64,000 nt of DNA, taken from the NCBI GenBank assembly GCA_965222425.1, contig CBDCTW010000023.1, forward strand, positions 129,902 through 193,901, given 5' to 3'. This document shows positions 47,449-57,453 of this stretch, in pieces (position 1 is the first letter of the stretch; each line of letters begins with the position of its first letter). This DNA is from Candidatus Marinacidobacterales bacterium. Lineage in GTDB: Bacteria; Acidobacteriota; Vicinamibacteria; Marinacidobacterales; DATDRI01. Both the position numbers and the translations under genes were made by a program. Under the pieces are notes generated by a model, which ran no database searches, was not told where the DNA came from, and saw nothing but the letters and a program-made list of their open reading frames with translations.

Positions 47449-49896
47449 TCAGACCGACAGGGGTTGCCCTTCCTCCACCGCGTCTCCTTGGCGGAGCGCC
47501 AGCTTGTCGCCGTCCGGGTAGATCTCCACGAGCCGACCAGGGGTAAGAGTGCCACGAATGAATGCCTCCGATAGCGGATCCTCTACGTGTTTTTGCAATG
47601 CGCGACGAAGCGGCCGGGCCCCATAGGAACGATCGCGACAGGTACTGGTAATAATCCACTCTACTGCCTCGGGTGTCACAGCGATCTGTATCTTCTTGTC
47701 CCGCAGGTTCTGATTCATCTGTTCAACCAATAGGGCCACAATCTTTCTAAGGTCGTCGTCACTAAGGGCGTCGAAAATGATGATTTCGTCGACCCTGTTG
47801 ATGAATTCCGGGTTGAACGTCTTTTTCACCTCCCCCAAGACCATGTCGTTGATTCGAACCGTGGCCACCTGCACATCATCGGACTGAAACCCAACCCGCC
47901 CCTTCTTCTCGATGTAGCGAGCGCCGATATTGGAAGTCATGATCAGAATGGCGTTCTTGAAATCGATCGTGTTACCCAAACCATCGGTTAGTTGTCCATC
48001 CTCGAAGACCTGCAGGAGAATGTTGAAAACGTCCGGGTGAGCCTTCTCGATTTCGTCCAGCAAAATGACACAATATGGATTGCGTTTCACCTTCTCGGTC
48101 AGCTGGCCGCCTTCTTCGTGTCCGACGTACCCCGGCGGGGAGCCAATGAGCTTGGACACCGAATGTTTTTCCATGTACTCGCTCATGTCGAAACGAATGA
48201 GCGCCTTTTCGGATCCGAAGAGGAAATTCGCAAGACAACGCGCAACTTCCGTTTTCCCGACGCCGGTGGGCCCAAGAAAGATGAACGACCCGACCGGCCG
48301 GCTAGGATTCTTGAAACCCACCCGCGAGCGCCGGATGGCTCGGGACAGCGCGGAGATGGCCTGGTCCTGACTGACGATTCTTTTGTGGAGCTCTTCTTCC
48401 ATACGAAGGAGCTTCTCGCTCTCCTCTTCCTTGATGGAGGCGAGCGGGATTCCCGTCCACTTAGAAACGACTTCGTCGATGTCCCTACGCAAGACTTCCG
48501 GGCGATCGAAGTTCTTCAACTCCCACCGTTTCCGGATGAACTGCAGATTCTCGCGCTGGGAGATCTCTTCATCGCGATACATGGCAGCCCGTTCGAAGTC
48601 CTTGTTCGCGATGGCGTCGTCCATACGGTCGGCGATAACCCGAATCTGCTTTCTCAGGTCCGCAAACTCAGTGGAGAAGGAAGATTCACGGAGCTTGACC
48701 CGCGAACCCGCTTCGTCCAACAGGTCGATGGCCTTGTCGGGGAGGAAGCGGTCGGTGATGTATCGATGCGATTGGTACACCGCCGACTCGAGCGACTCGG
48801 CGCTGTAAGCAACGTGGTGGAATCTTTCGTACCGGTCCTTAACCCCAGTCAGGATCTCGATCGTCTCCGCCTCACTGGGGCTGGCGACCTTCACACCTTG
48901 GAAACGACGCTCTAGGCTTCGATCCCGTTCGATGTATTTTCGATACTCGGAGGGCGTGGTGGCGCCGATGCATTGGATCTCGCCGCGCGACAGCGCCGGT
49001 TTCAATATGTTGGCTGCGTCGAGGGAACCCTCCGCAGAGCCAGCCCCTACCAACGTGTGGAGCTCGTCGATGAAGGTGATCACGTTGGGATTCTCTGTGA
49101 GCTCCTTCATGATCGTCTTCAGACGCTCTTCGAATTGCCCCCGGTACTTGGTACCGGCCACGATGAGCGAGATATCCAAAGCTAGGATCCGCTTGTCGGC
49201 GAGGAACAACGGCACGTCTCCATGGACGATCTTGGTGCCCAGCCCCTCCACGATCGCGGTCTTCCCGACCCCGGGCTCACCGATGAGAACCGGGTTGTTC
49301 TTGGTCCGCCGGCAGAGTACCTGGATAACCCGATCGAGCTCGTCTTGCCTGCCGATCAAAGGATCCACTTGGCCACGGCTGGCGGCTTCCGTCAGATCTC
49401 GGCTGAACTCCGTGAGAAGCGGCGTTTCCTTGGCTTTCGACATGGTAGCCTTCTGATTCAGCTCTTGAACGATGTCCTCGCGTACAGCGTTGATGTGCAT
49501 CCCTCGCTCGGCGAGGATGATGGCGGCGACGGACTTTTCTTCGCGCAAGATGCCTAAGAGGAGGTGCTCGGTGCCTATATAGTTGTGAACCAGGCGCTCT
49601 GCTTCCTCGGCTGCATGTGTTAACACCTTCTTCGACTCCGCAGAGAGGGGGATCTCAACTGAAGTCGACACCTGGTCCCGAATAACAATGCGGCCCTCGA
49701 TTTCCTTGCGGATGCCTTCCATGGAAAGGTGGGACTTGGCGAAGAGGCGGCTAGTTAAGCCCTTACCCTCTCGAATGAGGCCGAGCAGGAGGTGCTCCGT
49801 CTCGATCGAGTTGCTGCCCAGTTGCGCTGCTTCGTATCGGGCAAAGAAGATTACCCGCTTAGCTCGTTCGGTATACCGCTCGAACATATTTTCCAC
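47449..49896 (-). CDS. clpC: Clp-family AAA+ ATPase/chaperone (ClpC/ClpA type)
   Basis: Double N-terminal Clp repeats and two AAA+ modules (GEPGVGKT; GPTGVGKT). Confidence 0.85.
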   Translation of the reverse strand: MENMFERYTERAKRVIFFARYEAAQLGSNSIETEHLLLGLIREGKGLTSRLFAKSHLSMEGIRKEIEGRIVIRDQVSTSVEIPLSAESKKVLTHAAEEAERLVHNYIGTEHLLLGILREEKSVAAIILAERGMHINAVREDIVQELNQKATMSKAKETPLLTEFSRDLTEAASRGQVDPLIGRQDELDRVIQVLCRRTKNNPVLIGEPGVGKTAIVEGLGTKIVHGDVPLFLADKRILALDISLIVAGTKYRGQFEERLKTIMKELTENPNVITFIDELHTLVGAGSAEGSLDAANILKPALSRGEIQCIGATTPSEYRKYIERDRSLERRFQGVKVASPSEAETIEILTGVKDRYERFHHVAYSAESLESAVYQSHRYITDRFLPDKAIDLLDEAGSRVKLRESSFSTEFADLRKQIRVIADRMDDAIANKDFERAAMYRDEEISQRENLQFIRKRWELKNFDRPEVLRRDIDEVVSKWTGIPLASIKEEESEKLLRMEEELHKRIVSQDQAISALSRAIRRSRVGFKNPSRPVGSFIFLGPTGVGKTEVARCLANFLFGSEKALIRFDMSEYMEKHSVSKLIGSPPGYVGHEEGGQLTEKVKRNPYCVILLDEIEKAHPDVFNILLQVFEDGQLTDGLGNTIDFKNAILIMTSNIGARYIEKKGRVGFQSDDVQVATVRINDMVLGEVKKTFNPEFINRVDEIIIFDALSDDDLRKIVALLVEQMNQNLRDKKIQIAVTPEAVEWIITSTCRDRSYGARPLRRALQKHVEDPLSEAFIRGTLTPGRLVEIYPDGDKLALRQGDAVEEGQPLSV

Positions 49897-49912
49897 CCGA
49901 TCATTGCACGCG

Positions 49913-49921
49913 TATTATACC
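49913..49921 (-). promoter_or_regulatory. Extended -10 element TGgTATAAT upstream of clpC
   Basis: Minus strand reads gctgTGgTATAATacgcg, ~25 nt upstream of the clpC start. Confidence 0.45.
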
Positions 49922-50032
49922 ACAGCCCGTAAGATCCTGGATATGTGGTGGTTCCTCCACATAAGCCGCATTCGCTGCTCGATTCGGACGGAGAATAGCA
50001 TGAGCGTTGGGCGGCGTCAAAGCAGCATCTTT

Positions 50033-50719
50033 TCAAGCTTTCCTTTCATGCAGCCGGCCGTCTTCCATATAAACGACGCGATCGCAAACCGACGCAATTT
50101 GTTGACTGTGCGTAACTAGGACCGACGTCAGGCCCCGTTCTTGATGCAGCCTGACAAATAGGCCCACCAGCTCGTCGCTGGTTCTGCTGTCCAGATTGCC
50201 GGTCGGTTCGTCGGCCAAGACCAAACGCGGCTGCGCCACCAGGGCGCGCGCCACCGCCACCCGCTGCTGCTCCCCACCCGATAGCTGACCGGGCCGGTGC
50301 TCCGCCCGATCGGCCAATCCCAAAGCTTCCAATAATCGGCCGGCGCGTTCTCGCGCGACGCCGGCCGGTGTCCGCCCTATCAGCAGCGGCATCATCACGT
50401 TCTCCAACGCCGAGAACTCGGGCAGCAAGTGATGAAACTGGAAGATGAACCCCATGGTTCGATTGCGCAACTCGGTGCGTTCCGGCTCGCTGAGAGCGAA
50501 AACGTCCTCGCCTCCTATGAACACAGAGCCTCGTTCCGGCTCGTCCAAGGTCCCGAGCACGTGGAGCAAGGTGCTCTTGCCGACCCCGGACGCGCCCACG
50601 ATCGCAACCATTTCCCCTTTTTGAACCGTGAAGTCCGCTTCCTGCAAAACCGGGAGATAGCTCTCCCCGGAGCGAAAACCTTTCACGAGCTCTCGGGCCT
50701 CGAGAAGAACTTCACTCAT
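50033..50719 (-). CDS. lolD: Lipoprotein-releasing system ATP-binding protein (LolD-type ABC ATPase)
   Basis: Walker [10 protein letters not shown] and the ABC signature LSGGEQQR. Start at [12 protein letters not shown] (the ORF-track start is too long). Confidence 0.8.
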   Translation of the reverse strand: MSEVLLEARELVKGFRSGESYLPVLQEADFTVQKGEMVAIVGASGVGKSTLLHVLGTLDEPERGSVFIGGEDVFALSEPERTELRNRTMGFIFQFHHLLPEFSALENVMMPLLIGRTPAGVARERAGRLLEALGLADRAEHRPGQLSGGEQQRVAVARALVAQPRLVLADEPTGNLDSRTSDELVGLFVRLHQERGLTSVLVTHSQQIASVCDRVVYMEDGRLHERKA

Positions 50720-51956
50720 AGCGGAGCGCCTCGGTGAGGTTGAGGCGAGAAGCCCGCCTGGCCGGGTAGATAGTTGCCAGAAAACACACCAGCGGTGCAC
50801 CCAAGACCACCCGGAGGAAATCCATCGGTAGCAGCTTGAAAGGAACGTACGTGAACTGGTAGACATCCTCGGGAATGTGAATCACCTGGTAGTGGTCGAG
50901 CACCCATGAAACGCTCACTCCCAACACCGCCCCCAGCACCGTGCCGACCACACCGATAATCAAGCCCTGCAGCATGAAGATCGTCATGATGCTGCGCGCG
51001 GTGGCCCCCATCGATCGAAGGATGGCGATGTCCCGAGTCTTCTCCATGACGATCATGATCTGGCTGGCGACGATGTTGAGAGCGGCTACTCCGATAATGA
51101 GGCTAACAAAGATGGCTGTCACCATCTTCTCGAGCCAGAGCGCGGAAAACAGGCTGCGGTTCATCTCCATCCAATCCACGCTTCCATAGCCCGTTCCGAG
51201 CTTCGCTCGCGCTTCGGCTCCGAGAGTTTTCACTGTATAGATGTCGTCGACCCTCGTCTCCACGTAGACCGCCTCATCTGCGAAGCCGAGCAACCTCTGC
51301 GCATCCTCGAGCTCCACCAACGCCCATGCGTTATCGAAGTCGTAGAGGCCCACTCGATAGATCCCCACGATCCGAAAACGGCGGCTGCGTGGAAGCATGC
51401 CGAAAGGGGTAAGGTGCCCTGCGGGTGATGTGACGTTTACCGTATCGCCCACCAGGCCTCCCAGAGTCATCGCCAATCCCTCACCGATCACCATTCCCGG
51501 GAGCGGGGAGCCGTGACTTTCCTCGGGCGGTGCGGCGAGGCGTTCGAGACTTCCCGCCACCATCTTCCCCGCGAACTCAGTGACCGACGCCTCTCGGATC
51601 GGGTCCACGCCTTTCAAGGTGATCAAGCCCGAGCCGGTGGCGCTCGAGACCAAGGCCTTCCCGTAGACCACCGGAGCGGCCCCCTCGATTCCGGGAAGCG
51701 ACGCCAAGGTCTCGACGACCTCGGCGTAGTTCCGAATGGCGCGACCCTCGAGGCTGTAGATACTAAGGTGAGATGCCGCACCCAGAATCCGAGACCTGAA
51801 CGCACCCTGAAAGCCGGTCATGATGGCGATGGCGATCAGCAAGATCATCACCCCCACGACAACGCCCAGCGTGGAGATCGCCGAGATGACGGAGATGAAG
51901 ACCTGCTTCCGCTTCGCCAGCAGGTAGCGCAGCGAGATGAGAAGCTCGTAAGGCAT
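50712..51956 (-). CDS. LolC/LolE-family lipoprotein-release permease (FtsX-like)
   Basis: 414 aa with four TM helices, a large periplasmic loop, and the C-terminal FtsX domain. Confidence 0.8.
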   Translation of the reverse strand: MPYELLISLRYLLAKRKQVFISVISAISTLGVVVGVMILLIAIAIMTGFQGAFRSRILGAASHLSIYSLEGRAIRNYAEVVETLASLPGIEGAAPVVYGKALVSSATGSGLITLKGVDPIREASVTEFAGKMVAGSLERLAAPPEESHGSPLPGMVIGEGLAMTLGGLVGDTVNVTSPAGHLTPFGMLPRSRRFRIVGIYRVGLYDFDNAWALVELEDAQRLLGFADEAVYVETRVDDIYTVKTLGAEARAKLGTGYGSVDWMEMNRSLFSALWLEKMVTAIFVSLIIGVAALNIVASQIMIVMEKTRDIAILRSMGATARSIMTIFMLQGLIIGVVGTVLGAVLGVSVSWVLDHYQVIHIPEDVYQFTYVPFKLLPMDFLRVVLGAPLVCFLATIYPARRASRLNLTEALRYE

Positions 51957-51965
51957 GGGTGGAGG

Positions 51966-53465
51966 CTATGAAGTGGTCTCGGGACGCATGTGAGGAAACA
52001 AGATCACGTCACGGATGGAACGGCAATCGGTGAAAATCATGACAAGGCGATCCACACCGATGCCCTCCCCGCCGGTCGGCGGTAAACCGTGCGCCAAGGC
52101 TCGAATGTAGTCGTCGTCCATCACGTGAGCTTCCTGGTCGCCCCGCTCTCTCTGGCGAAGCTGCATCTCGAATCTCTCTTTTTGATCCGCCGGGTCGTTG
52201 AGCTCACTGAATCCGTTGGCGCACTCCATTCCGGCCACGAAGAGCTCGAATCGTTCCACCATCTCCGGGTCGTCCGGCTTCCTCTTGGAGAAGGGGGAGA
52301 CGTCCAGGGGATGGTCATAAATGAATGTAGGCTGGACTAGCTCCGGCTCCGCCACCTCTTCGAATAGATTAGCAAGGAGCTTGCCCCAGAGATCGGCGGG
52401 GTCGAAGCTAACGTCGAGTCGCTCCAAGATCGCCACCAAAGCCTTGTGGTCTCGGAGCTCCGGCTCGGAGGTCTCGACGCCCCGTCGTGAGAGCGCTTCG
52501 CGCGTAGCATCCAGCATTGTGACTCGAGGATAGGGAGGCGTGAACTTGATTTTCTGGCCCTGATACTCCAATTCTTCGCTGCCCTTCACCTGTTGCGCCA
52601 GCTGAACGAAGAGATTCTCGGTAAGATCCATCATCGATCGAAAATCGCTGTAGGCCTCGTAAAACTCCAACATGGTGAACTCGGGATTGTGTTTGTACGA
52701 GATTCCTTCGTTGCGAAAGCTACGATTGATCTCGTACACCTTTTCCAGTCCACCCACCACCAAGCGCTTCAAGTAGAGCTCGGGGGCGATGCGCAGGTAG
52801 AGATCGATTCCCAAAGTATTGTGGAATGTCTTGAACGGTCTCGCCACTGCACCACCGGCGATAGGTTGCAGTATCGGCGTCTCCACCTCCACGTAGCCTC
52901 GCGCGTCGAAGAACGAGCGCATCTCGCGAATCACACGACTGCGGGTGACGAAGACCTCTCTCACGTCGACGTTAGACACGAGGTCCAAGTAGCGTTGGCG
53001 GTACCGGACCTCTTTATCCGCCAGGCCGTGCCACTTCTCTGGAAGCGGGAGGAGCGATTTCGCCAAGAACGTCAACTGCTCGGCTTTGACTGTCAACTCA
53101 CCAGTGCGGGTGCGGAACATCGGCCCCACTACACCGATAAAGTCTCCCAAGTCCAGCTCCTTGTAGATCTCGAATCCAGGAGACTCGACCGTATCCTTGC
53201 GTATGTACACCTGAAGCCGAGAGGCCCCATCCGATAGCTGCCCAAACGCCGTCTTCCCGTGACCACGGAGTGCGACCAGACGACCTGCCACTTGCACTCG
53301 GGGCGCCGCTTCTTCGAGCTCCTCCGCACTGCGTGGAGAGAACTCGTCCACGACTTGGGTTACGGAATGCGTTCGGTCGTAGCGGGTGGGATAGAGATCG
53401 ACGCCCAGTTTGCGCAGCGCTTCCAGCTTGTCGCGACGCTGTTGAGGGATCGGAAGCTCGGCCAC
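51966..53465 (-). CDS. lysS: Lysine--tRNA ligase (class II)
   Basis: 499 aa; N-terminal OB anticodon-binding domain and class II motifs. Confidence 0.95.
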   Translation of the reverse strand: MAELPIPQQRRDKLEALRKLGVDLYPTRYDRTHSVTQVVDEFSPRSAEELEEAAPRVQVAGRLVALRGHGKTAFGQLSDGASRLQVYIRKDTVESPGFEIYKELDLGDFIGVVGPMFRTRTGELTVKAEQLTFLAKSLLPLPEKWHGLADKEVRYRQRYLDLVSNVDVREVFVTRSRVIREMRSFFDARGYVEVETPILQPIAGGAVARPFKTFHNTLGIDLYLRIAPELYLKRLVVGGLEKVYEINRSFRNEGISYKHNPEFTMLEFYEAYSDFRSMMDLTENLFVQLAQQVKGSEELEYQGQKIKFTPPYPRVTMLDATREALSRRGVETSEPELRDHKALVAILERLDVSFDPADLWGKLLANLFEEVAEPELVQPTFIYDHPLDVSPFSKRKPDDPEMVERFELFVAGMECANGFSELNDPADQKERFEMQLRQRERGDQEAHVMDDDYIRALAHGLPPTGGEGIGVDRLVMIFTDCRSIRDVILFPHMRPETTS

Positions 53466-53470
53466 GGAGT

Positions 53471-53929
53471 CTAACTCGCTTCCGAAGCTTCAATGCTGGA
53501 GCGGACGGCATCCAAGACACCGTTCACGAACTGCACCGCATCGGGGCTGGAGAACCGCTTCGTCACCTCGAGAGCCTCATTGATGACGACGCGCTTGGGC
53601 ACTTCTTCATAGAGGAATTCATAGATCGCCAGTCGCAAGATGTTACGGTCCACGACCGCCATCCGGGGTAGTCGCCAGTGCTCGGCATGCTTAGTGATCA
53701 ACTCATCGATCTCCCCAAGATGCTCGACCGTTCCCGTAAGGAGCCGCTGGGCGAGACTCCGTGTCTTATCGGCCGCCTCCCGGAGCTTCCAAAACGATTC
53801 CTGCACTCGCGCGACGGGCTCCTCACTGATCTCCCATTGGTAGAGCATTTGGACTGCCAGCTCTCGCCCTTTCCTTCGCGAACCCACGATGATTCCTTGC
53901 TCTGCGCAACACACCGAGCCTCCGGCCAC
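53471..53929 (-). CDS. nusB: Transcription antitermination factor NusB
   Basis: RRKGRELAVQMLYQ...RVVINEALEV. Confidence 0.8.
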   Translation of the reverse strand: MAGGSVCCAEQGIIVGSRRKGRELAVQMLYQWEISEEPVARVQESFWKLREAADKTRSLAQRLLTGTVEHLGEIDELITKHAEHWRLPRMAVVDRNILRLAIYEFLYEEVPKRVVINEALEVTKRFSSPDAVQFVNGVLDAVRSSIEASEAS

Positions 53930-53941
53930 GGCGCGGCGCGT

Positions 53942-54418
53942 CTAGCGATTCCCTTCCATCTGGCGATAGAGGTCTGCCATCTCTACCGCGGCGATGGCCG
54001 CGTTGTACCCTCGGTTATCTCCCCGCTCCTCGGCGCGCGCGAGCGCGGTGTCTCGCGTTTCGGTTGTGAGAATCCCAAAGGTCAGAGGGACGCCCGACTC
54101 GAGTGCGGTCCTCGCGATCGCGTCCGAGACCGTCCGGCCCAAATAGTCCCAGTGGGGAGTCTCTCCTTTAATGATAGCGCCAAGGCAAACCACAGCGTGG
54201 AAACGACCTGAGTCCGCCAGCTTCTTCGCTGCGGAAGGAACCTCGAAGGAGCCGGGCACTCGAACCACAACCATATCCTCGTCTTCCACGCCGCAACCTT
54301 TGAGAGCCTCGAGCGCGCCGTCGAGAAGCTTGTCGGTCACAAAACTGTTGAAGCGACCCACCACGACTCCGAAGCGGAGTCCCTTCCCGCTGGGTTTGCC
54401 CTCGATGATTTTTGTCAA
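53942..54418 (-). CDS. ribH: 6,7-dimethyl-8-ribityllumazine synthase
   Basis: IIEGKPSGKGLRFGVVVGRFN...VRVPGSFE. TTG start at 54418 (the ORF-track start is too long). Confidence 0.85.
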   Translation of the reverse strand: MTKIIEGKPSGKGLRFGVVVGRFNSFVTDKLLDGALEALKGCGVEDEDMVVVRVPGSFEVPSAAKKLADSGRFHAVVCLGAIIKGETPHWDYLGRTVSDAIARTALESGVPLTFGILTTETRDTALARAEERGDNRGYNAAIAAVEMADLYRQMEGNR

Positions 54419-54524
54419 GCAGCCCTCACTGTACCCCTCACTGCCGTCTGGCCAACCGGTCCCCTGGCACTGCGCATTTTGACAGCCGAACAATAGCCAC
54501 CGCGGAAGGGAGAGGGAAAAACAT

Positions 54525-55307
54525 CTACTTCCCCTTGAACTTGGCTTCACGCTTTTCGAGAAACGCTTGCATGCCCTCCTTCATATCTTCTGTCGCACAG
54601 AGAATCCCGAACAGCGAGGCCTCCAGGTCCAGCCCTTCCTCAAGGCTTCCATCGAGACCTTTGTCTACGGCACGAATCGCATAGCGGATCGCCAGCGGCC
54701 CATTGGCGAGAATTTTTCGCATCAACGCCTCCGCCTCGCCGAGAAGCTCGGCTCGCGGCACGACCCGGTTTACCAACCCGATGCGGTGGGCTTCCGTCGC
54801 GTCAATCATCTCCCCGGTCAGGATCAATTCCAGCGCTCTGCCTCTGCCCACGATCCGAGCCAAGCGCTGTGTTCCTCCGTAGCCAGGGATGACGGCCAGC
54901 TTAACCTCAGGGAGACCCATCTTCGCCTCCTCGGCGGCGACGCGAATATGGCAGGCAAGCGCCAGCTCCAGACCCCCACCGAGGGCAAATCCGTTGATCG
55001 CGGCCACCACGGGTTTTCCGAAGGTCTCCATTCTCCGCATCACCGACTGCCCGCGCAGCGTAGTTTGGTGCCCGGTGGTAGGAGTCTCTCCGGCCAACTC
55101 CTTGATATCCGCCCCGGCCACGAACGCCTTCTCTCCCGAACCGGTGACGATCACCCCCCCGACATCGTCGTCCTGGTCCAAAGCGGAAAAGTGCCGATCC
55201 AGCTCATCGAGCGTCTGGTCGTTGAGTGCGTTGAGCTGCTTCGGCCGATTGATCGTAACGAACGCGATCCCTTCTCGTGTTTCGGTCAACAGATTTTGAA
55301 ACGTCAT
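54525..55307 (-). CDS. Enoyl-CoA hydratase (crotonase family)
   Basis: 260 aa; crotonase fold with AAINGFALGGGLELALACH. Confidence 0.8.
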   Translation of the reverse strand: MTFQNLLTETREGIAFVTINRPKQLNALNDQTLDELDRHFSALDQDDDVGGVIVTGSGEKAFVAGADIKELAGETPTTGHQTTLRGQSVMRRMETFGKPVVAAINGFALGGGLELALACHIRVAAEEAKMGLPEVKLAVIPGYGGTQRLARIVGRGRALELILTGEMIDATEAHRIGLVNRVVPRAELLGEAEALMRKILANGPLAIRYAIRAVDKGLDGSLEEGLDLEASLFGILCATEDMKEGMQAFLEKREAKFKGK

Positions 55308-55313
55308 GTTCCC

Positions 55314-56168
55314 TCACACATAATCATAGAAACCTCTACCCGACTTCCGCCCCAAGTGGCCGGCTAGGACCATTCGTCGCAGGAGAGGCGGCGGGGCGAA
55401 ACGCTTCTCCCGAAATTCTTCGTACATAATGTTAGCGATGTAGAACGTCGTATCCAAACCCACGAAGTCTAGGAGCTCGAACGGGCCCATTGGATGTCCG
55501 CACCCGAGCTTCATCCCGACATCCAAATCCTCCTTGCTAGCCACCCCTTCTTCCAGCGCTCGGATCGCATCCAGCAAATAGGGAACGAGAAGCCGATTCA
55601 CGATAAAGCCCGATCGGTCGGGCGCCCGGATGGGCGTTTTCCCCAACGAGCGAGCGTAGCCGGATACGAGCTCGGGGACCTCGGGTTCCGTCATAATGGT
55701 AGGGATCACCTCCACCACTTTCATGAGCGGTACTGGATTGAAAAAGTGAAGCCCCACGAAGCGTTGCGGACGTTTCGTGGCGGCGGCCATCTGCGTGATG
55801 CAAACCGAAGAAGTATTGCTCGCAAAAATCGTCTCCGGTTCGGTTATTTCATCGAGAGCTCGGTACAACTCCAATTTGGCATCCAGGTTCTCGACGATAG
55901 CTTCGACGATCAGATCGACCCCATTGAGGTCCTCGAGCCGCGTGGTTCCGCGGACCTTGCCCAGAATCTCTTTCTTTTTGTCCTCCGTGAGTTTGCCCTT
56001 CTTGACGCCTTTGCTGAGGAACCGGTCGATGTTGCCCAAACCCTTCTGAAGAAGCTCGTCGTTGATTTCATGTACCACGGTCTCGTAACCGGAGTCGGCA
56101 GATACCTGGGCGATCCCGGATCCCATGAGACCACAACCCACCACACCTACCTTCTTGATCTCCATCAC
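55314..56168 (-). CDS. hbd: 3-hydroxybutyryl-CoA dehydrogenase
   Basis: VGVVGCGLMGSGIA Rossmann motif with the 3HCDH N- and C-domains. Confidence 0.8.
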   Translation of the reverse strand: MMEIKKVGVVGCGLMGSGIAQVSADSGYETVVHEINDELLQKGLGNIDRFLSKGVKKGKLTEDKKKEILGKVRGTTRLEDLNGVDLIVEAIVENLDAKLELYRALDEITEPETIFASNTSSVCITQMAAATKRPQRFVGLHFFNPVPLMKVVEVIPTIMTEPEVPELVSGYARSLGKTPIRAPDRSGFIVNRLLVPYLLDAIRALEEGVASKEDLDVGMKLGCGHPMGPFELLDFVGLDTTFYIANIMYEEFREKRFAPPPLLRRMVLAGHLGRKSGRGFYDYV

Positions 56169-56171
56169 TCC

Positions 56172-56290
56172 CCCCTTGGCAGCCCTACCGACCCTCGACG
56201 ATCATCGCGATGCCTTGGCCTCCCCCGATGCAAGCCGTCGCGAGGCCGAACCGACCCTTGCGGTGCCGGAGCAATATAAAGGTCAGTAGT
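56172..56290 (-). pseudogene. 3'-terminal remnant (~30 codons) of an acetyl-CoA acetyltransferase (thiolase) gene
   Basis: Minus-strand translation ...LLRHRKGRFGLATACIGGGQGIAMIVEGR* matches the thiolase C-terminal signature (GLATxCIGGGQG). The upstream frame is closed by a stop, and a VanZ-family gene starts 30 nt further on. Confidence 0.6.
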
Positions 56291-56319
56291 TTGTTTAGTT
56301 GGCATCGTCTAGTACTCGG

Positions 56320-56712
56320 CTAGCCGTCGGTTAGCTCGCGCTCGGCTGGCACAATCCACCAATAGATGATGTAGAGCACTGCTATGGCGGTCATGATGCC
56401 TAGGGCGTCCACGGCAATGTCCTGAAGGCTCGCCACTCGACCCGGGACGAAACTTTGGTGCCACTCGTCGCTCGCCGCGTAAACGAGCGCGAGCAAGCCG
56501 CCGAACAGTGCCACCCTCCCCCCGGCGGGTTGTGCAAGTCCACGCGCGCACGCGCGAATCGCCAGCAAGCCCATCACGAAATACCCAAAGAAGTGCCACG
56601 TGTAATCCGGCGCGTAGTGGAGCAGCGCAGGTCGGGAAGCAGAGGAAACAAAAAAAATGATCAACATGTACGCCAGCAGAGGACCCCACCAGCGTAAAAA
56701 CGAAAAGATCAA
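56320..56712 (-). CDS. VanZ-family membrane protein
   Basis: 130 aa, four TM helices, SDEWHQSFVPGR motif. Confidence 0.6.
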   Translation of the reverse strand: MIFSFLRWWGPLLAYMLIIFFVSSASRPALLHYAPDYTWHFFGYFVMGLLAIRACARGLAQPAGGRVALFGGLLALVYAASDEWHQSFVPGRVASLQDIAVDALGIMTAIAVLYIIYWWIVPAERELTDG

Positions 56713-56728
56713 TAGGCGCCCCCGTCCT

Positions 56729-56902
56729 TCAGGAGGGGAAGGGCAACATGAGCCAACCCAGAACGAAAGCCGAGGCGACGAAGCAGAAGAATACGAAGAC
56801 GCCGAAAAGAATCTGGGCCGAACGACCTTCTCGCATCAGCAGTGCGAACACACCCGAAACGAGGGCCGCAAAAGCCGTCAGAATCACAAAATGGCTAGTC
56901 AT
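56729..56902 (-). CDS. Candidate 57-aa two-helix membrane micro-protein (below the ORF-track cutoff)
   Basis: MTSHFVILTAFAALVSGVFALLMREGRSAQILFGVFVFFCFVASAFVLGWLMLPFPS, with an ATG start, lying between two membrane-protein genes on the same strand. Confidence 0.3.
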   Translation of the reverse strand: MTSHFVILTAFAALVSGVFALLMREGRSAQILFGVFVFFCFVASAFVLGWLMLPFPS

Positions 56903-56911
56903 CGTTTCAAT

Positions 56912-57310
56912 CTAGGGCTTCCTCCCGGTAGCGATATCGTAAACGTCGAGCAGAATGAGCATGTTGAGAAGTCCGGCTACGATCAAGAACGTGTATCCGT
57001 ACTCGTATGTCACGGACTCTACCTGCCCCACTCCCCAGTCCAGCAATCGGGCGGAGAAATACGGTAGCCCCACACCCATCTCCGCGAGGCCGGCCAACAG
57101 GGTCAGCGGGCGGGTTCCGTCCAAACGAAAAAGCTCGCCGTCCATGTAGAGACCGAGCCCGAACATCACGGTAACGATCATCATGAAGATGAACCCATGC
57201 CACCATCGGCGTAACATCACGTGGCCTAGTCCCGGAAGCAGCCAACCGGCGACACAAGTTGCCATGGCTGGTGCGGCACTGCAGGTCGTTCCGGCGCTTC
57301 TCTCCTGCAT
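56912..57310 (-). CDS. Hypothetical polytopic membrane protein
   Basis: 132-aa ORF with ~4 hydrophobic helices. No family assigned. Confidence 0.4.
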   Translation of the reverse strand: MQERSAGTTCSAAPAMATCVAGWLLPGLGHVMLRRWWHGFIFMMIVTVMFGLGLYMDGELFRLDGTRPLTLLAGLAEMGVGLPYFSARLLDWGVGQVESVTYEYGYTFLIVAGLLNMLILLDVYDIATGRKP

Positions 57311-57453
57311 GTAAGCAGTCTATCCTATGGAATTACTCGAATCCCGTCAAGACAGCAGAAATGAGTCCGGAGCTGTTGTCGGGCTATGAGTTGTGAGGCT
57401 TGTAGGGCCGGCGCGGCTCTCTTTCCGAACAATCGATCGTAGAAGTCTCCGAG

